Shown here piece after piece: positions 1-8,495 of a DNA stretch of 39,626 nt. The position numbers and the translations under genes are program-made. The stretch's first letter is position 1. The number at the start of each line of letters is the position of its first letter. Source of the DNA: Minisyncoccota bacterium (lineage in GTDB: Bacteria; Patescibacteriota; Minisyncoccia; JAHIHE01; JAGLIN01); NCBI GenBank assembly GCA_023143145.1, contig JAGLID010000045.1, positions 1-39,626 of the forward strand. The letters run 5' to 3'. The notes beneath the pieces were generated by a model. That model had not been told where the DNA came from. It was given only the letters and a program-made list of their open reading frames with translations, and did no database searches.

Positions 1-362
1 TCTTTGACACCCATTCTTCTTTTCAGGGCAATCATTTCCTCTTCTGAAATTGGAGTCGGCGTAGTTCCTGATCCAACGAAACCAGTTACATTCGGAGTGT
101 TTCGAACAACATACCAAGAATCGTCGTTTACAATCATCTCTACCATAACATATCCAGGAAAGATTCTTTCTTCCAAGACTTTTCTCTTGCCATTCTTAAT
201 TTTTATTTTCTTCTCTTTTGGTACTAATACATCAAATATCTTTTCTTCCATCCCCATTGATTCAATTCTTTGTGTTAAGTTTCTACAAACATTATCTTCA
301 TAACCGGAATATGTGTGCAGAACATACCAATTTCTTCCGAAATCTGCCGTTTGTTTTGGCAT
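1..362 (-). CDS. nusG: Transcription termination/antitermination factor NusG (3' end runs off the window)
   Basis: Manual translation from ATG at 362: MPKQTADFGRNWYVLHTYSGYE...IFPGYVMVEM...WYVVRNTPNVTGFVG, the NusG NGN motifs; lies directly downstream of secE. Absent from the ORF track because it is truncated. Confidence 0.97.
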   Translation of the reverse strand, partial: MPKQTADFGRNWYVLHTYSGYEDNVCRNLTQRIESMGMEEKIFDVLVPKEKKIKIKNGKRKVLEERIFPGYVMVEMIVNDDSWYVVRNTPNVTGFVGSGTTPTPISEEEMIALKRRMGVK

Positions 363-406
363 ATCTTTATATTTAGTGATTAATAAAACTACAACGAAAG
401 TTTATC

Positions 407-595
407 CTAAAATAAACCTTTAACTATCTTGTCTAATGCAAAATCCATACCTCCTAAAAATGAAGCAGTTACCAAACTAATAATAACAACAATAGTCGAA
501 TCTTTTATAGCAGCTTTCCGAGAAGGCCAACTAACTTTCTTTATCTCAGATTTAACTTCAACGAAGTATTTTTTTAACTTTTTAAGTATATCCAT
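407..595 (-). CDS. secE: Preprotein translocase subunit SecE
   Basis: EIKKVSWPSR motif plus one TM helix; secE-nusG synteny. Confidence 0.96.
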   Translation of the reverse strand: MDILKKLKKYFVEVKSEIKKVSWPSRKAAIKDSTIVVIISLVTASFLGGMDFALDKIVKGLF

Positions 596-661
596 TTTCT
601 TGATTTTAAAACAGCCCTTAAAGGCTATTATTGATTTTTAAACTATAGATTATATAAGCTC

Positions 662-690
662 ATAATACTATTAAATTAAATTTTAGTCAA
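662..690 (-). promoter_or_regulatory. Sigma70-type promoter for secE-nusG
   Basis: TTGACT(690-685)-17 nt-TATTAT(667-662). Confidence 0.5.
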
Positions 691-792
691 TAGCCTATGA
701 ATTGAGTCAATATTTTGTTATTTTGAAAATATTTCCATCAAAAAATATACAATATCACTTCTATATAATAGGTTAATAAAAAAATTAGTAAA

Positions 793-1713
793 TTAAATCC
801 ATCGTCGTTTTATCAGAAGCCAAAGAAAAGCCACGGACATAAAGACAATTAATAGTATGACATACAAAAAAGCAAAAGGACTATTGCCAAGTGGCAAAGA
901 AACATTCATTCCATAAATACTAGAGATTATAGTAGGAATCGTCAGAACGATTGTCACAACTGTCAAAATCTTGATTACTCTATTAAGTTCGTTAGTTAGA
1001 ATTGTTGAATAGGCTTCTCTAATGTTCTTGATAGATTTAAGCGCAACTCGCGATATCTCAATCGTCTGTTTGCTGTCCATAAATAAATCTTCTATCTCAT
1101 TTTTATCTTTATCATATATTTTTATATATCTCCCGCTCAATATTCTTTCAAGATTACTGATAATCGGCACAATCGAAGATTCGAAGTCATTTAAAGTTTC
1201 CTCTTCTTGAACAAGGAAGAGAATATCTTTATTATTGAGATTATCAATTTTAATTTTCTTTATTTTAATATCCTTTAATATTCTGTTAAGATATTTATCA
1301 TAACTATTGAAAACTTCAGTTATAATCTTTAATAAAAGACTAGTCTTATGTGTCGTGGAAAAATACGGAAATTTCTTTACAAAATTATTAATAACACAAT
1401 TTTGCCCATTTGAGAGAGTAATTATATTATCTCTTGTAATAACCACAAGCAGAGGCAAAGTAATTATATCTACATCACTTTGAGTAGGAAAACGAATTAT
1501 CATATAAAAAATTCCATTTTTACTTTCTACCCTGGAAAGCTCATTCTCGTCCAAAGCATCTTCAATAATTGTTAAATCCAATTTTAATTCTTTTCCTAAT
1601 CTTTCTATTTCATCTATATCAGGCTCAATCACCGATATCCAGCTTCCTTTTTCAAATGTCTTAATTTTTTTTAATTTTAAATCCTTTAGCGTTTTCTTAT
1701 ATATATCAATCAT
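793..1713 (-). CDS. corA: CorA-family Mg2+/Co2+ transporter
   Basis: YGMN signature between two C-terminal TM helices; 306 aa. Confidence 0.92.
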   Translation of the reverse strand: MIDIYKKTLKDLKLKKIKTFEKGSWISVIEPDIDEIERLGKELKLDLTIIEDALDENELSRVESKNGIFYMIIRFPTQSDVDIITLPLLVVITRDNIITLSNGQNCVINNFVKKFPYFSTTHKTSLLLKIITEVFNSYDKYLNRILKDIKIKKIKIDNLNNKDILFLVQEEETLNDFESSIVPIISNLERILSGRYIKIYDKDKNEIEDLFMDSKQTIEISRVALKSIKNIREAYSTILTNELNRVIKILTVVTIVLTIPTIISSIYGMNVSLPLGNSPFAFLYVILLIVFMSVAFLWLLIKRRWI

Positions 1714-1765
1714 AAATATTGTTTAAAATTATAAAACTACTATAAGTCCACTAAATACTAAACAC

Positions 1766-2818
1766 TTAAAAATTATTTAAATTTGGAGAATCATGAAAAG
1801 CCTTTTTGGCCATATTCCAAATCCGATCATCATTTTTTTCAGTTTTTAACCAATACCACCATTCGCCTCCCCAAAGATAAGCCTCGGAAAACTCGATATC
1901 TTTCACATAATCAATATTTTTCTGAAACTGTTCTGGGTCCATTGACTTATATTGATCTTCTAAAGATGTTTCAATAATCATTTTCGGACCCCATGGTTCT
2001 CCTTGTAGTTCAACTATAACAATCTTATCGACACCAGTTAAAAACATAATAATCGCCGCTTTTAACCTATAAATCACAGAAGGAGTTGGATAATGAATAT
2101 AGCCAATGCTATCATTCCAAACAATTCTATAAAGAGTTGTACCTAGGATATCGGCTCTTTTTCCTGCACTATACCAAGTGCCGAGCTCGCCACTGTCTGA
2201 AATTATAATCGGGCGACTATCCAGTTCACGAACCGTAGCAATTTCTCTATCTAAAAATTTCTTATCCAATTTTGGACATTTCCCATATGGTAAAAATGGT
2301 TCGTTTTCAACCTGCCAATTCGTAATATTTTTTTTATCTTTATAACGATTTACAACTTCAGTAATATAATTTATTAATTCATTTTGCCTTTCTATTTCAT
2401 CTATTTCCATAGCCCATTGCGGAATATGACATTCTGGCCATCTTGGTTGTTTTTGACCCAAAGATAAAACAATTTCCACTCCTCTTTTTTCTGCTTCTTC
2501 AATTTGCCAATCCAAATCTTGATAGAAATATTCTCCTCTTATATTTTCAATTTCATTCCAATATGAAGGCAACCTTACCTTTTTTGCTCCCGCATCATCC
2601 ATAAGTGCAAGATATGTTTCTTTCCAATCAAGACCAAGATGTTGCGCGAAAGATTTGCTAAAAGTTACTCCATAGACAACTTTCATATTTTGTCTTGGCA
2701 TCAAAAGAACAACTATCGTAAAAGCCATGGAAAAAAATATAATAAATAATATTATATTCTTCTTGGTCAATAATTTCCTTTTAATTTTTTTATTCTTTGA
2801 GAATAAATTAAATTTCAT
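1766..2818 (-). CDS. Membrane-anchored clan GH-A glycoside hydrolase (GH5/GH42-like)
   Basis: N-terminal TM anchor; VRLPSYWNEIE, WQVENEP (acid/base) and IVELQGEPW (likely nucleophile) motifs. Confidence 0.75.
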   Translation of the reverse strand: MKFNLFSKNKKIKRKLLTKKNIILFIIFFSMAFTIVVLLMPRQNMKVVYGVTFSKSFAQHLGLDWKETYLALMDDAGAKKVRLPSYWNEIENIRGEYFYQDLDWQIEEAEKRGVEIVLSLGQKQPRWPECHIPQWAMEIDEIERQNELINYITEVVNRYKDKKNITNWQVENEPFLPYGKCPKLDKKFLDREIATVRELDSRPIIISDSGELGTWYSAGKRADILGTTLYRIVWNDSIGYIHYPTPSVIYRLKAAIIMFLTGVDKIVIVELQGEPWGPKMIIETSLEDQYKSMDPEQFQKNIDYVKDIEFSEAYLWGGEWWYWLKTEKNDDRIWNMAKKAFHDSPNLNNF

Positions 2819-2902
2819 AATTTTGATTTATTTATGTTTTTTGATTATTGACATAAGTTTAAATTTAAGTTATGTTTTTTGTAAGTCTAAATAAACGGAG
2901 AG

Positions 2903-3346
2903 ATGAGTTTGAACAATATTATTAAAAAAATATATAGTGAATTTAAACTTGGACTTAGAACAGGCATATCAAAAGGAGCACTTGTAACGATACTTGCTCT
3001 TCTTATGATAAATATGTGGTATATTCTACCTCCCATTAGCACTTCCGACTTTTTGGTAATAGCATTGATTTGGGCAATAATAGGATTTTTTACAACTTTA
3101 TCATTCTACGAATTGTCAGACTTTGATTACTCAAGAAACCTTGCTTTTTTAATGGGGTTAATCGCAACCGTTGTCTCAATGAGTTATATATATCATATGT
3201 TAACATGTGATATACTGCCATATAATTTATTAATGACAGATATATATGTAATATTTGTTCTAATAAGTTTAAGTTCAACTTTTGCTTTTTTTCTAAAAAT
3301 GAGAATGTTGAAAAAAGAGCAAAAGAAACTTCACAGTAGGACCTAA
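2903..3346 (+). CDS. Hypothetical membrane protein (about 4 TM)
   Basis: 147-aa hydrophobic ORF filling the gap between two minus-strand genes; GGAGAG before the ATG; TTGACA-17-TATGTT upstream. Confidence 0.7.
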   Translation: MSLNNIIKKIYSEFKLGLRTGISKGALVTILALLMINMWYILPPISTSDFLVIALIWAIIGFFTTLSFYELSDFDYSRNLAFLMGLIATVVSMSYIYHMLTCDILPYNLLMTDIYVIFVLISLSSTFAFFLKMRMLKKEQKKLHSRT

Positions 3347-3360
3347 CATTCCTACTTTTT

Positions 3361-4266
3361 TTATACACCTAGCAGAACCAATCCAATTCCGATTAATATA
3401 ATCGCTCCTACTTTTTGCATAATTATATTTCCACCAGCTTGTTCGTGATATAATTTTGGAAATTTTTTGGAAAGAATTAGGGCAAATAATAGAAGAAAAA
3501 CATATTGGACAGATTGAAGGGAATTTATAATTACAATATTACTTTCTTCTATTGAAATCGCATAAAAAATCAAAATTGCAGCTACGGCTGCCAAAATTTT
3601 ATTAGGAATAAAAAGATAGGCAGTTTTTTTTGCTACTTTTTCCGGAGTGGAAAATATTTTCTCTCTATTTTGCCTAGATAAAAGCAAAAGCATTGCTCCT
3701 AAAAATCCACCAATTTGAAAAAGAATAAATCCATCAAAGAATGAAATGTGCAAATATAAATATTTTATTAAAGTATAATACAACGCGAAAAGAAAACCAG
3801 CAACAACAGCCAGTAAAAATCCTTTAATCATGGAAAAATGGCTGTGATCTAATTTTGAAGATAGAAAGAATCCGCCAATGACAAAAAAGAGAAAAGCAAG
3901 AAATTGCTTTGCAGCTAAAAGTTCTCCCAAAATTAAATAGGAAAGAAGAACTGTAAAAATTGGAACAGTAGCGCCGACAACGGGAATAACTCTTGACGCT
4001 TCACTTAATTTCAGAGCTTTATAAAAAATCAGCAATGCTAGAATAAATAATATCCCATTCAAAACTCCAAGAATAAAAAATCTAGTTTCTGGAATTGTAA
4101 ATCCCACTATCGGAATGAGTGCAATAAATAATATCTGAAAAACACCTGAATAAAAAGTATAAGCTATAGGTTTTAAAACCGTATTAGAAACAATATGTTT
4201 ATCTATAATACTTACAATAGCATTTAAAAAATGAGCAACAATTGTGATTATGACCCAAAACAGCAT
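3361..4266 (-). CDS. EamA/DMT-family transporter
   Basis: About 10 TM in two repeats; YKALKLSEASRVIP and LLSYLILGE EamA-like motifs. Confidence 0.85.
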   Translation of the reverse strand: MLFWVIITIVAHFLNAIVSIIDKHIVSNTVLKPIAYTFYSGVFQILFIALIPIVGFTIPETRFFILGVLNGILFILALLIFYKALKLSEASRVIPVVGATVPIFTVLLSYLILGELLAAKQFLAFLFFVIGGFFLSSKLDHSHFSMIKGFLLAVVAGFLFALYYTLIKYLYLHISFFDGFILFQIGGFLGAMLLLLSRQNREKIFSTPEKVAKKTAYLFIPNKILAAVAAILIFYAISIEESNIVIINSLQSVQYVFLLLFALILSKKFPKLYHEQAGGNIIMQKVGAIILIGIGLVLLGV

Positions 4267-4292
4267 ACTATTATTTTAATATTTAAATAAAT

Positions 4293-5477
4293 TTATAATG
4301 ACAAACTATTTTCCTTACAAATCTCCGCATAATCATATGCACTTTGACGGATTTTTGCTTCAAACCCATTCTCACAATCAATTTCAATAAGTCCAAATCT
4401 TTTTGCAAAACCGCTATCCCATTCAAAATTATCAAGTAGCGACCAATACATATATCCCTTCACATCCACACCATCTCCAATTGCTTTGTGCATCCACTTC
4501 AAATGTTCCCTGATAAACTCAGGCCTCTTCTTGTCGCTGGCATCAGCAACTCCATTTTCAGTAATATATATCGGCTTATTGTATTTCTTCATATCTTTTA
4601 AGATAAAATATAACCCTCTCGGAAAAATTTCCCAATTCATATCTGAAACCTTTTTATTCTCATTATCTATTTTTATAAAAGGAAAAGAAAAAGGAGTAAT
4701 CCTGATTCTGTTATGAAAATAATAATTAATTCCGATAAAATCAGAATGCTTATTTATAAGTTTTGAAAAAATATGATTTGTTAAGAAATCCGAAATTTTT
4801 ACTAAGCTCTTGTTTATAAAAGATTTCGGATTATGTGCATCTGAATAACAATAGTTCTGTGCTGTTCCTACTTTTGCATTTGGATTAATACTGTGTATCA
4901 TATTATAAGCTTTTTTGTGAACTCTAACGAAATTGACAAAGACTATTAAAGCGAGAAGTGATTTCTTTTTTTGTGGTGGAAATCTGCCCTCAATATAGCC
5001 AAGGGAGAGATAGACCATTGGTTCATTTACTGTGACCCAAAAATCCACAAGATCATCAAGCTCTTCTACGACAAACTTGGTAAAATTTTCAAAATATTCG
5101 GGGAATTTTTTATTATGTAAACCACCCCTTTCAGACAACCACAGTGGCAATGTATAATGCCAGATAGTTACCATTGATTTTATTTTTCTTTTCCTGAGCG
5201 CTAGTAATATTTTGCGATAATGTTCAATTTCTTTTCGATCAAATTTCCCTTCACTAGGTTGAATGCGTGACCATTCCAAAGAAAGTCGATGAACATTATG
5301 ATTCAACTCTTTTGCTAAATCAAAATATTTTTCATATTGATTATAGTAATCACAGGCATTTCCGGCTGGAAATCTTTCTGACCAATTACAATTTTCAATT
5401 CCACCCTCAACCTGATACGAAGAAACAGCCGCACCCCACAAAAAATCTTTTGGAAATTTTAGAACTTTTTTTGACAT
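4293..5477 (-). CDS. Glycoside hydrolase family 1 (beta-glucosidase-like)
   Basis: FPKDFLWGAAVSSYQVEG, TVNEP, YITENG and WSLLDNFEW GH1 motifs. Confidence 0.95.
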   Translation of the reverse strand: MSKKVLKFPKDFLWGAAVSSYQVEGGIENCNWSERFPAGNACDYYNQYEKYFDLAKELNHNVHRLSLEWSRIQPSEGKFDRKEIEHYRKILLALRKRKIKSMVTIWHYTLPLWLSERGGLHNKKFPEYFENFTKFVVEELDDLVDFWVTVNEPMVYLSLGYIEGRFPPQKKKSLLALIVFVNFVRVHKKAYNMIHSINPNAKVGTAQNYCYSDAHNPKSFINKSLVKISDFLTNHIFSKLINKHSDFIGINYYFHNRIRITPFSFPFIKIDNENKKVSDMNWEIFPRGLYFILKDMKKYNKPIYITENGVADASDKKRPEFIREHLKWMHKAIGDGVDVKGYMYWSLLDNFEWDSGFAKRFGLIEIDCENGFEAKIRQSAYDYAEICKENSLSL

Positions 5478-5697
5478 AAAATATTACAATTATAATATCT
5501 ATATTATACACTACATTTGAAATAAAAAAAATGCGAGAAAAAGTTGATAATCATTACTTTTCAAGCAAAACAAAACATCCTATATTTCCTGAAAATTTGC
5601 CATGCTGAACTTACTTCAATTATACAAATCTTACAAGTATCAAAAGATAGAATCTTCCAAAAGAGTTATGCTATGTTTGATTCGGAACGATTCATCT

Positions 5698-5907
5698 CTA
5701 TTTAATCTCTTCATCTTTCAATTCCTTCTTAATCTCCTCAAACTCATTCTCGACTTCTTTCAGCTGTCCTTTGCTTGCTTTGATAAGTTTCACGCCTTCT
5801 CTCACCTTTTCAAGTCCTTTCTCGAGATCAACTTCTTCCTGAGACTCAAACCAATTAACAATACCTTCAAGCTTCTTGAGAGATTCTCCTAAATTTTCTT
5901 TTTTCAT
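5698..5907 (-). CDS. xseB: Exodeoxyribonuclease VII small subunit
   Basis: 69-aa helical protein, LKKLEGIV...LEKGLEKVREGVKLIK pattern. Confidence 0.88.
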   Translation of the reverse strand: MKKENLGESLKKLEGIVNWFESQEEVDLEKGLEKVREGVKLIKASKGQLKEVENEFEEIKKELKDEEIK

Positions 5908-5929
5908 ATATTCATTTTAATTAACAAGC

Positions 5930-7405
5930 TTACTTCAGTTTCCTCTTTAAAATCTCCTCTGCCATTTGTGGATTTGCTTTTCCTTTGCTTTGCTTCATTG
6001 TTTGACCAACGAGAAACTTAATAGCGTTTTCTTTGCCAGCTTTATAATCTTCCACAGATTTCAAATTAGCCTCAACTACTTCTTCCACAATCTTTTCAAT
6101 TTCACCTTCATCGCTCATTTGAGCTAATCCTTTCTCGTCAAGAATATTTGACGGATCACCTCCTGTTTTATACATTTCAGCTAGCATTGTTTGAGCACCA
6201 CTACTTGAAATTTTACCTTCCTGAATAAGTGTAATAAACTCTGCGAAATTTTCCGCAGAAATTTTGCAACAATGAACTGAATGATTTTCGACGTATAGCA
6301 ATCTTTGCAATTCGGTTAATATATAATTTGCCGAAAGTTTTGTAAGCTGATCAATAAGTCCCCCATCAATTCCCTTCGCATCAACCCAAGCATTTAATTC
6401 CGAGACAATATCCTCAAAAAAGTTTGCCAATTCTTTGTCTTCAGAAAATATTTTTGCATTTTCTTCGGCCAGTTTATATTGGTTAATAAAACGATATTTC
6501 TTTGAAAGTGGAAGTTCTGGAATACTATTTTTTATTTTCTCCACATCAAAAACTCCTGCCTCTTTGGTTAAATCAAGAGGAGGTAAATCTGGTTCTGGAA
6601 AATAGCGATAATCGTGCGCTTCTTCTTTTTTTCTTTGTGAATATGTTTCTTGTTTATCTGCATTCCAACCTCTTGTCTCTTGTGAAATTTCTCCACCCTC
6701 ATCCAAAACTTCAGCCTGCCGTTTAATTTCATATTCAATTGACCTTTCAACCGCCCGAAAAGAATTTAGATTTTTCACCTCAACCTTTGTGCCGAACTTC
6801 TCACGTCCAAGTGGTCTAAGACTAATATTCACTTCACATCTCATATGTCCTTTTTCCATATCAGCATCTGAAACGCCAAGGCATCTCACGATAAGTTGAA
6901 ATTGTTTACAAAACTCTTTTGCTTCAGCTGACGATCTGATTTCCGGTTCCGTTACCAGTTCCATCAAGGGTGTACCCGCACGATTCAAATCAACCAAAGA
7001 ATAATCAGCTCCCGCTGGATGCAAAAGTTTCCCCGTATCTTCCTCAAGATGAATTCTGGTTATACCAATTTTTTTATCATTCACAAGGATACTTCCATTT
7101 TCACAAAGTGGTTTGTCATATTGTGAAATTTGATAACCTTTTGGTAAATCTGGATAAAAATAATTCTTTCGATCAAACTTTGAAAATTCAGCAATCTGAC
7201 AATCCATTGCCAATCCAGTTTTGACAACATATTCAACAGACTTTTTATTTGCCACGGGCAATGTCCCAGGTTGACCCATACAAATTGGACACACATTTTT
7301 ATTTGGCTGAATTCCATCAGGATTATTCACACACGAACAAAACATTTTTGAATTAGTTTTCAATTCCACATGGACTTCCATGCCAATTACTGCCTCATAT
7401 TTCAT
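5930..7405 (-). CDS. gatB: Asp-tRNA(Asn)/Glu-tRNA(Gln) amidotransferase subunit B
   Basis: VIGMEVHVEL, FDRKNYFYPDLPKGYQISQ and YRYFPEPDL. Start placed at MKYEAV (7405) instead of the track's 7438 to avoid overlap. Confidence 0.97.
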   Translation of the reverse strand: MKYEAVIGMEVHVELKTNSKMFCSCVNNPDGIQPNKNVCPICMGQPGTLPVANKKSVEYVVKTGLAMDCQIAEFSKFDRKNYFYPDLPKGYQISQYDKPLCENGSILVNDKKIGITRIHLEEDTGKLLHPAGADYSLVDLNRAGTPLMELVTEPEIRSSAEAKEFCKQFQLIVRCLGVSDADMEKGHMRCEVNISLRPLGREKFGTKVEVKNLNSFRAVERSIEYEIKRQAEVLDEGGEISQETRGWNADKQETYSQRKKEEAHDYRYFPEPDLPPLDLTKEAGVFDVEKIKNSIPELPLSKKYRFINQYKLAEENAKIFSEDKELANFFEDIVSELNAWVDAKGIDGGLIDQLTKLSANYILTELQRLLYVENHSVHCCKISAENFAEFITLIQEGKISSSGAQTMLAEMYKTGGDPSNILDEKGLAQMSDEGEIEKIVEEVVEANLKSVEDYKAGKENAIKFLVGQTMKQSKGKANPQMAEEILKRKLK

Positions 7406-7416
7406 AAATTCAAAAT

Positions 7417-7956
7417 TTATTTTATTAAACTTCTCCAATTATTTTTATAATATTCAAATGCATAATTAAATTCCTCCTTTGTACTAATCTTAACTCCCAT
7501 CTTCATCAATTTTTTTTCTAGCTTTGCATATGTAACATCCTCTTCTCCTGCTGACACCATCTTTTCAATCTCAATAATTTTTCCATAACCCATTGTGTCG
7601 TCCAATAAAATTTTCATATCATCTTGTTGAAATTCCAATCTTTTTCTTAGCCATTTAATCTCAAGTTCGTATCCAAGCGTTTCGAATAAATTCTGCATTT
7701 TTTCAAAATCTACTGTTTCAAACTTGATTTCAATCTCCTCTCTGAATTTGTCGTGAAGATTTCCTTTCTTGTAAATAATATATGCATCTTTCTTATTTCT
7801 GCGCAATCTTAAGTCTTTGTCTCCGGAGAAATATATTGTTTCTTCGTTCAATTCTCTAATAAATTCACCGTTAAATCTTAATATAGACAATAATATTTTA
7901 TATTGATCGTCTGTTATAAAACTCCTTACCTCGACTTCAATATTACACTTTTCCAT
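7417..7956 (-). CDS. CYTH-domain protein (class IV adenylate cyclase/triphosphate tunnel family)
   Basis: IEVEVR at the N-terminus, LRLR, REEIEI and GYGKIIEIEK. True start likely 7956, because its own promoter lies inside the track's 5' extension. Confidence 0.85.
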   Translation of the reverse strand: MEKCNIEVEVRSFITDDQYKILLSILRFNGEFIRELNEETIYFSGDKDLRLRRNKKDAYIIYKKGNLHDKFREEIEIKFETVDFEKMQNLFETLGYELEIKWLRKRLEFQQDDMKILLDDTMGYGKIIEIEKMVSAGEEDVTYAKLEKKLMKMGVKISTKEEFNYAFEYYKNNWRSLIK

Positions 7957-7986
7957 TGATTTATCATTGATTAATATTATATTTCC

Positions 7987-8014
7987 ATTATAGCATATTG
8001 CTTTCAGATAACAA
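7987..8014 (-). promoter_or_regulatory. Promoter for the CYTH gene (and probably gatB-xseB)
   Basis: TTGTTA-16 nt-TATAAT with a TGn extension. Confidence 0.55.
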
Positions 8015-8045
8015 AAAAGGGTTAGAACTATTGCAAAGCCTAACC
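8013..8045 (-). terminator. Intrinsic terminator of the small transcript upstream
   Basis: GGTTAGGCT...AGTTCTAACC hairpin followed by CTTTTTT. Confidence 0.6.
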
Positions 8046-8110
8046 AAAAATTTGATTTTTTGAGATTTGCTAACCAGTGTACGCAGCTATGACGCACATA
8101 ATGAAACTGA

Positions 8111-8203
8111 TTAAGTTCTGATTTGTTCAGGCCTGTACACTACGTGGTGCACGTTGAGTCCAATGCAAATCATACTAGATATTTTATCTAGATTGCCCAA
8201 CAT
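8111..8203 (-). CDS. Candidate 30-aa small protein (or part of a structured sRNA)
   Basis: MLGNLDKISSMICIGLNVHHVVYRPEQIRT; GGAGGTGA SD; own TTGACA-16-TATGAT promoter at 8223-8250. Confidence 0.4.
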   Translation of the reverse strand: MLGNLDKISSMICIGLNVHHVVYRPEQIRT

Positions 8204-8410
8204 TTCTATCACCTCCATTATAATCATAAAGTTAAATAACAATCTGTCAAATAAATTATCTGCTACAGAAAAAGCTTTGCAAGATTAATGAATTTCAAAA
8301 ATATTGTGATATCTCTTGCTGACTTTCATCAGTACTCCATAACATTCAAATTCCTTAAAGCTAAAATAAATAAAAAACTACAGATAAAGTCACGATTAAA
8401 ACGCTAGACT

Positions 8411-8479
8411 AGAGCAAGAGCTTCAGCGCGATAATATGCCAAGCGACTTGATGCGAATTCGAGCCAAAACCCTCGCTCC
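8411..8479 (-). repeat. GC-rich long hairpin immediately 3' of aspS
   Basis: GGAGCGAGGGTTTTGG pairs over 16 bp with CTGAAGCTCTTGCTCT when G-U pairs are allowed on the minus strand. Confidence 0.55.
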
Positions 8480-8495
8480 AAAAATAAAATTATGC

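Noticed and set aside
4-303. 99-aa + strand ORF and the many other short ORFs antisense to long genes
   Set aside because: Shadow frames of well-supported genes (here nusG); no motifs or initiation signals.
5602-5892. 96-aa + strand ORF
   Set aside because: Overlaps xseB on the opposite strand and has shadow-like composition.
7957-8097. N-terminal extension of the CYTH ORF
   Set aside because: Spans a terminator and the gene's own promoter; the domain begins at MEKCNIEVEVR.
8040-8220. tmRNA, RNase P, SRP or self-cleaving ribozyme identity for the small transcript
   Set aside because: No tRNA-like 3' end, no GAGGAAAGTCC, no SRP loop, and no hammerhead or pistol core.
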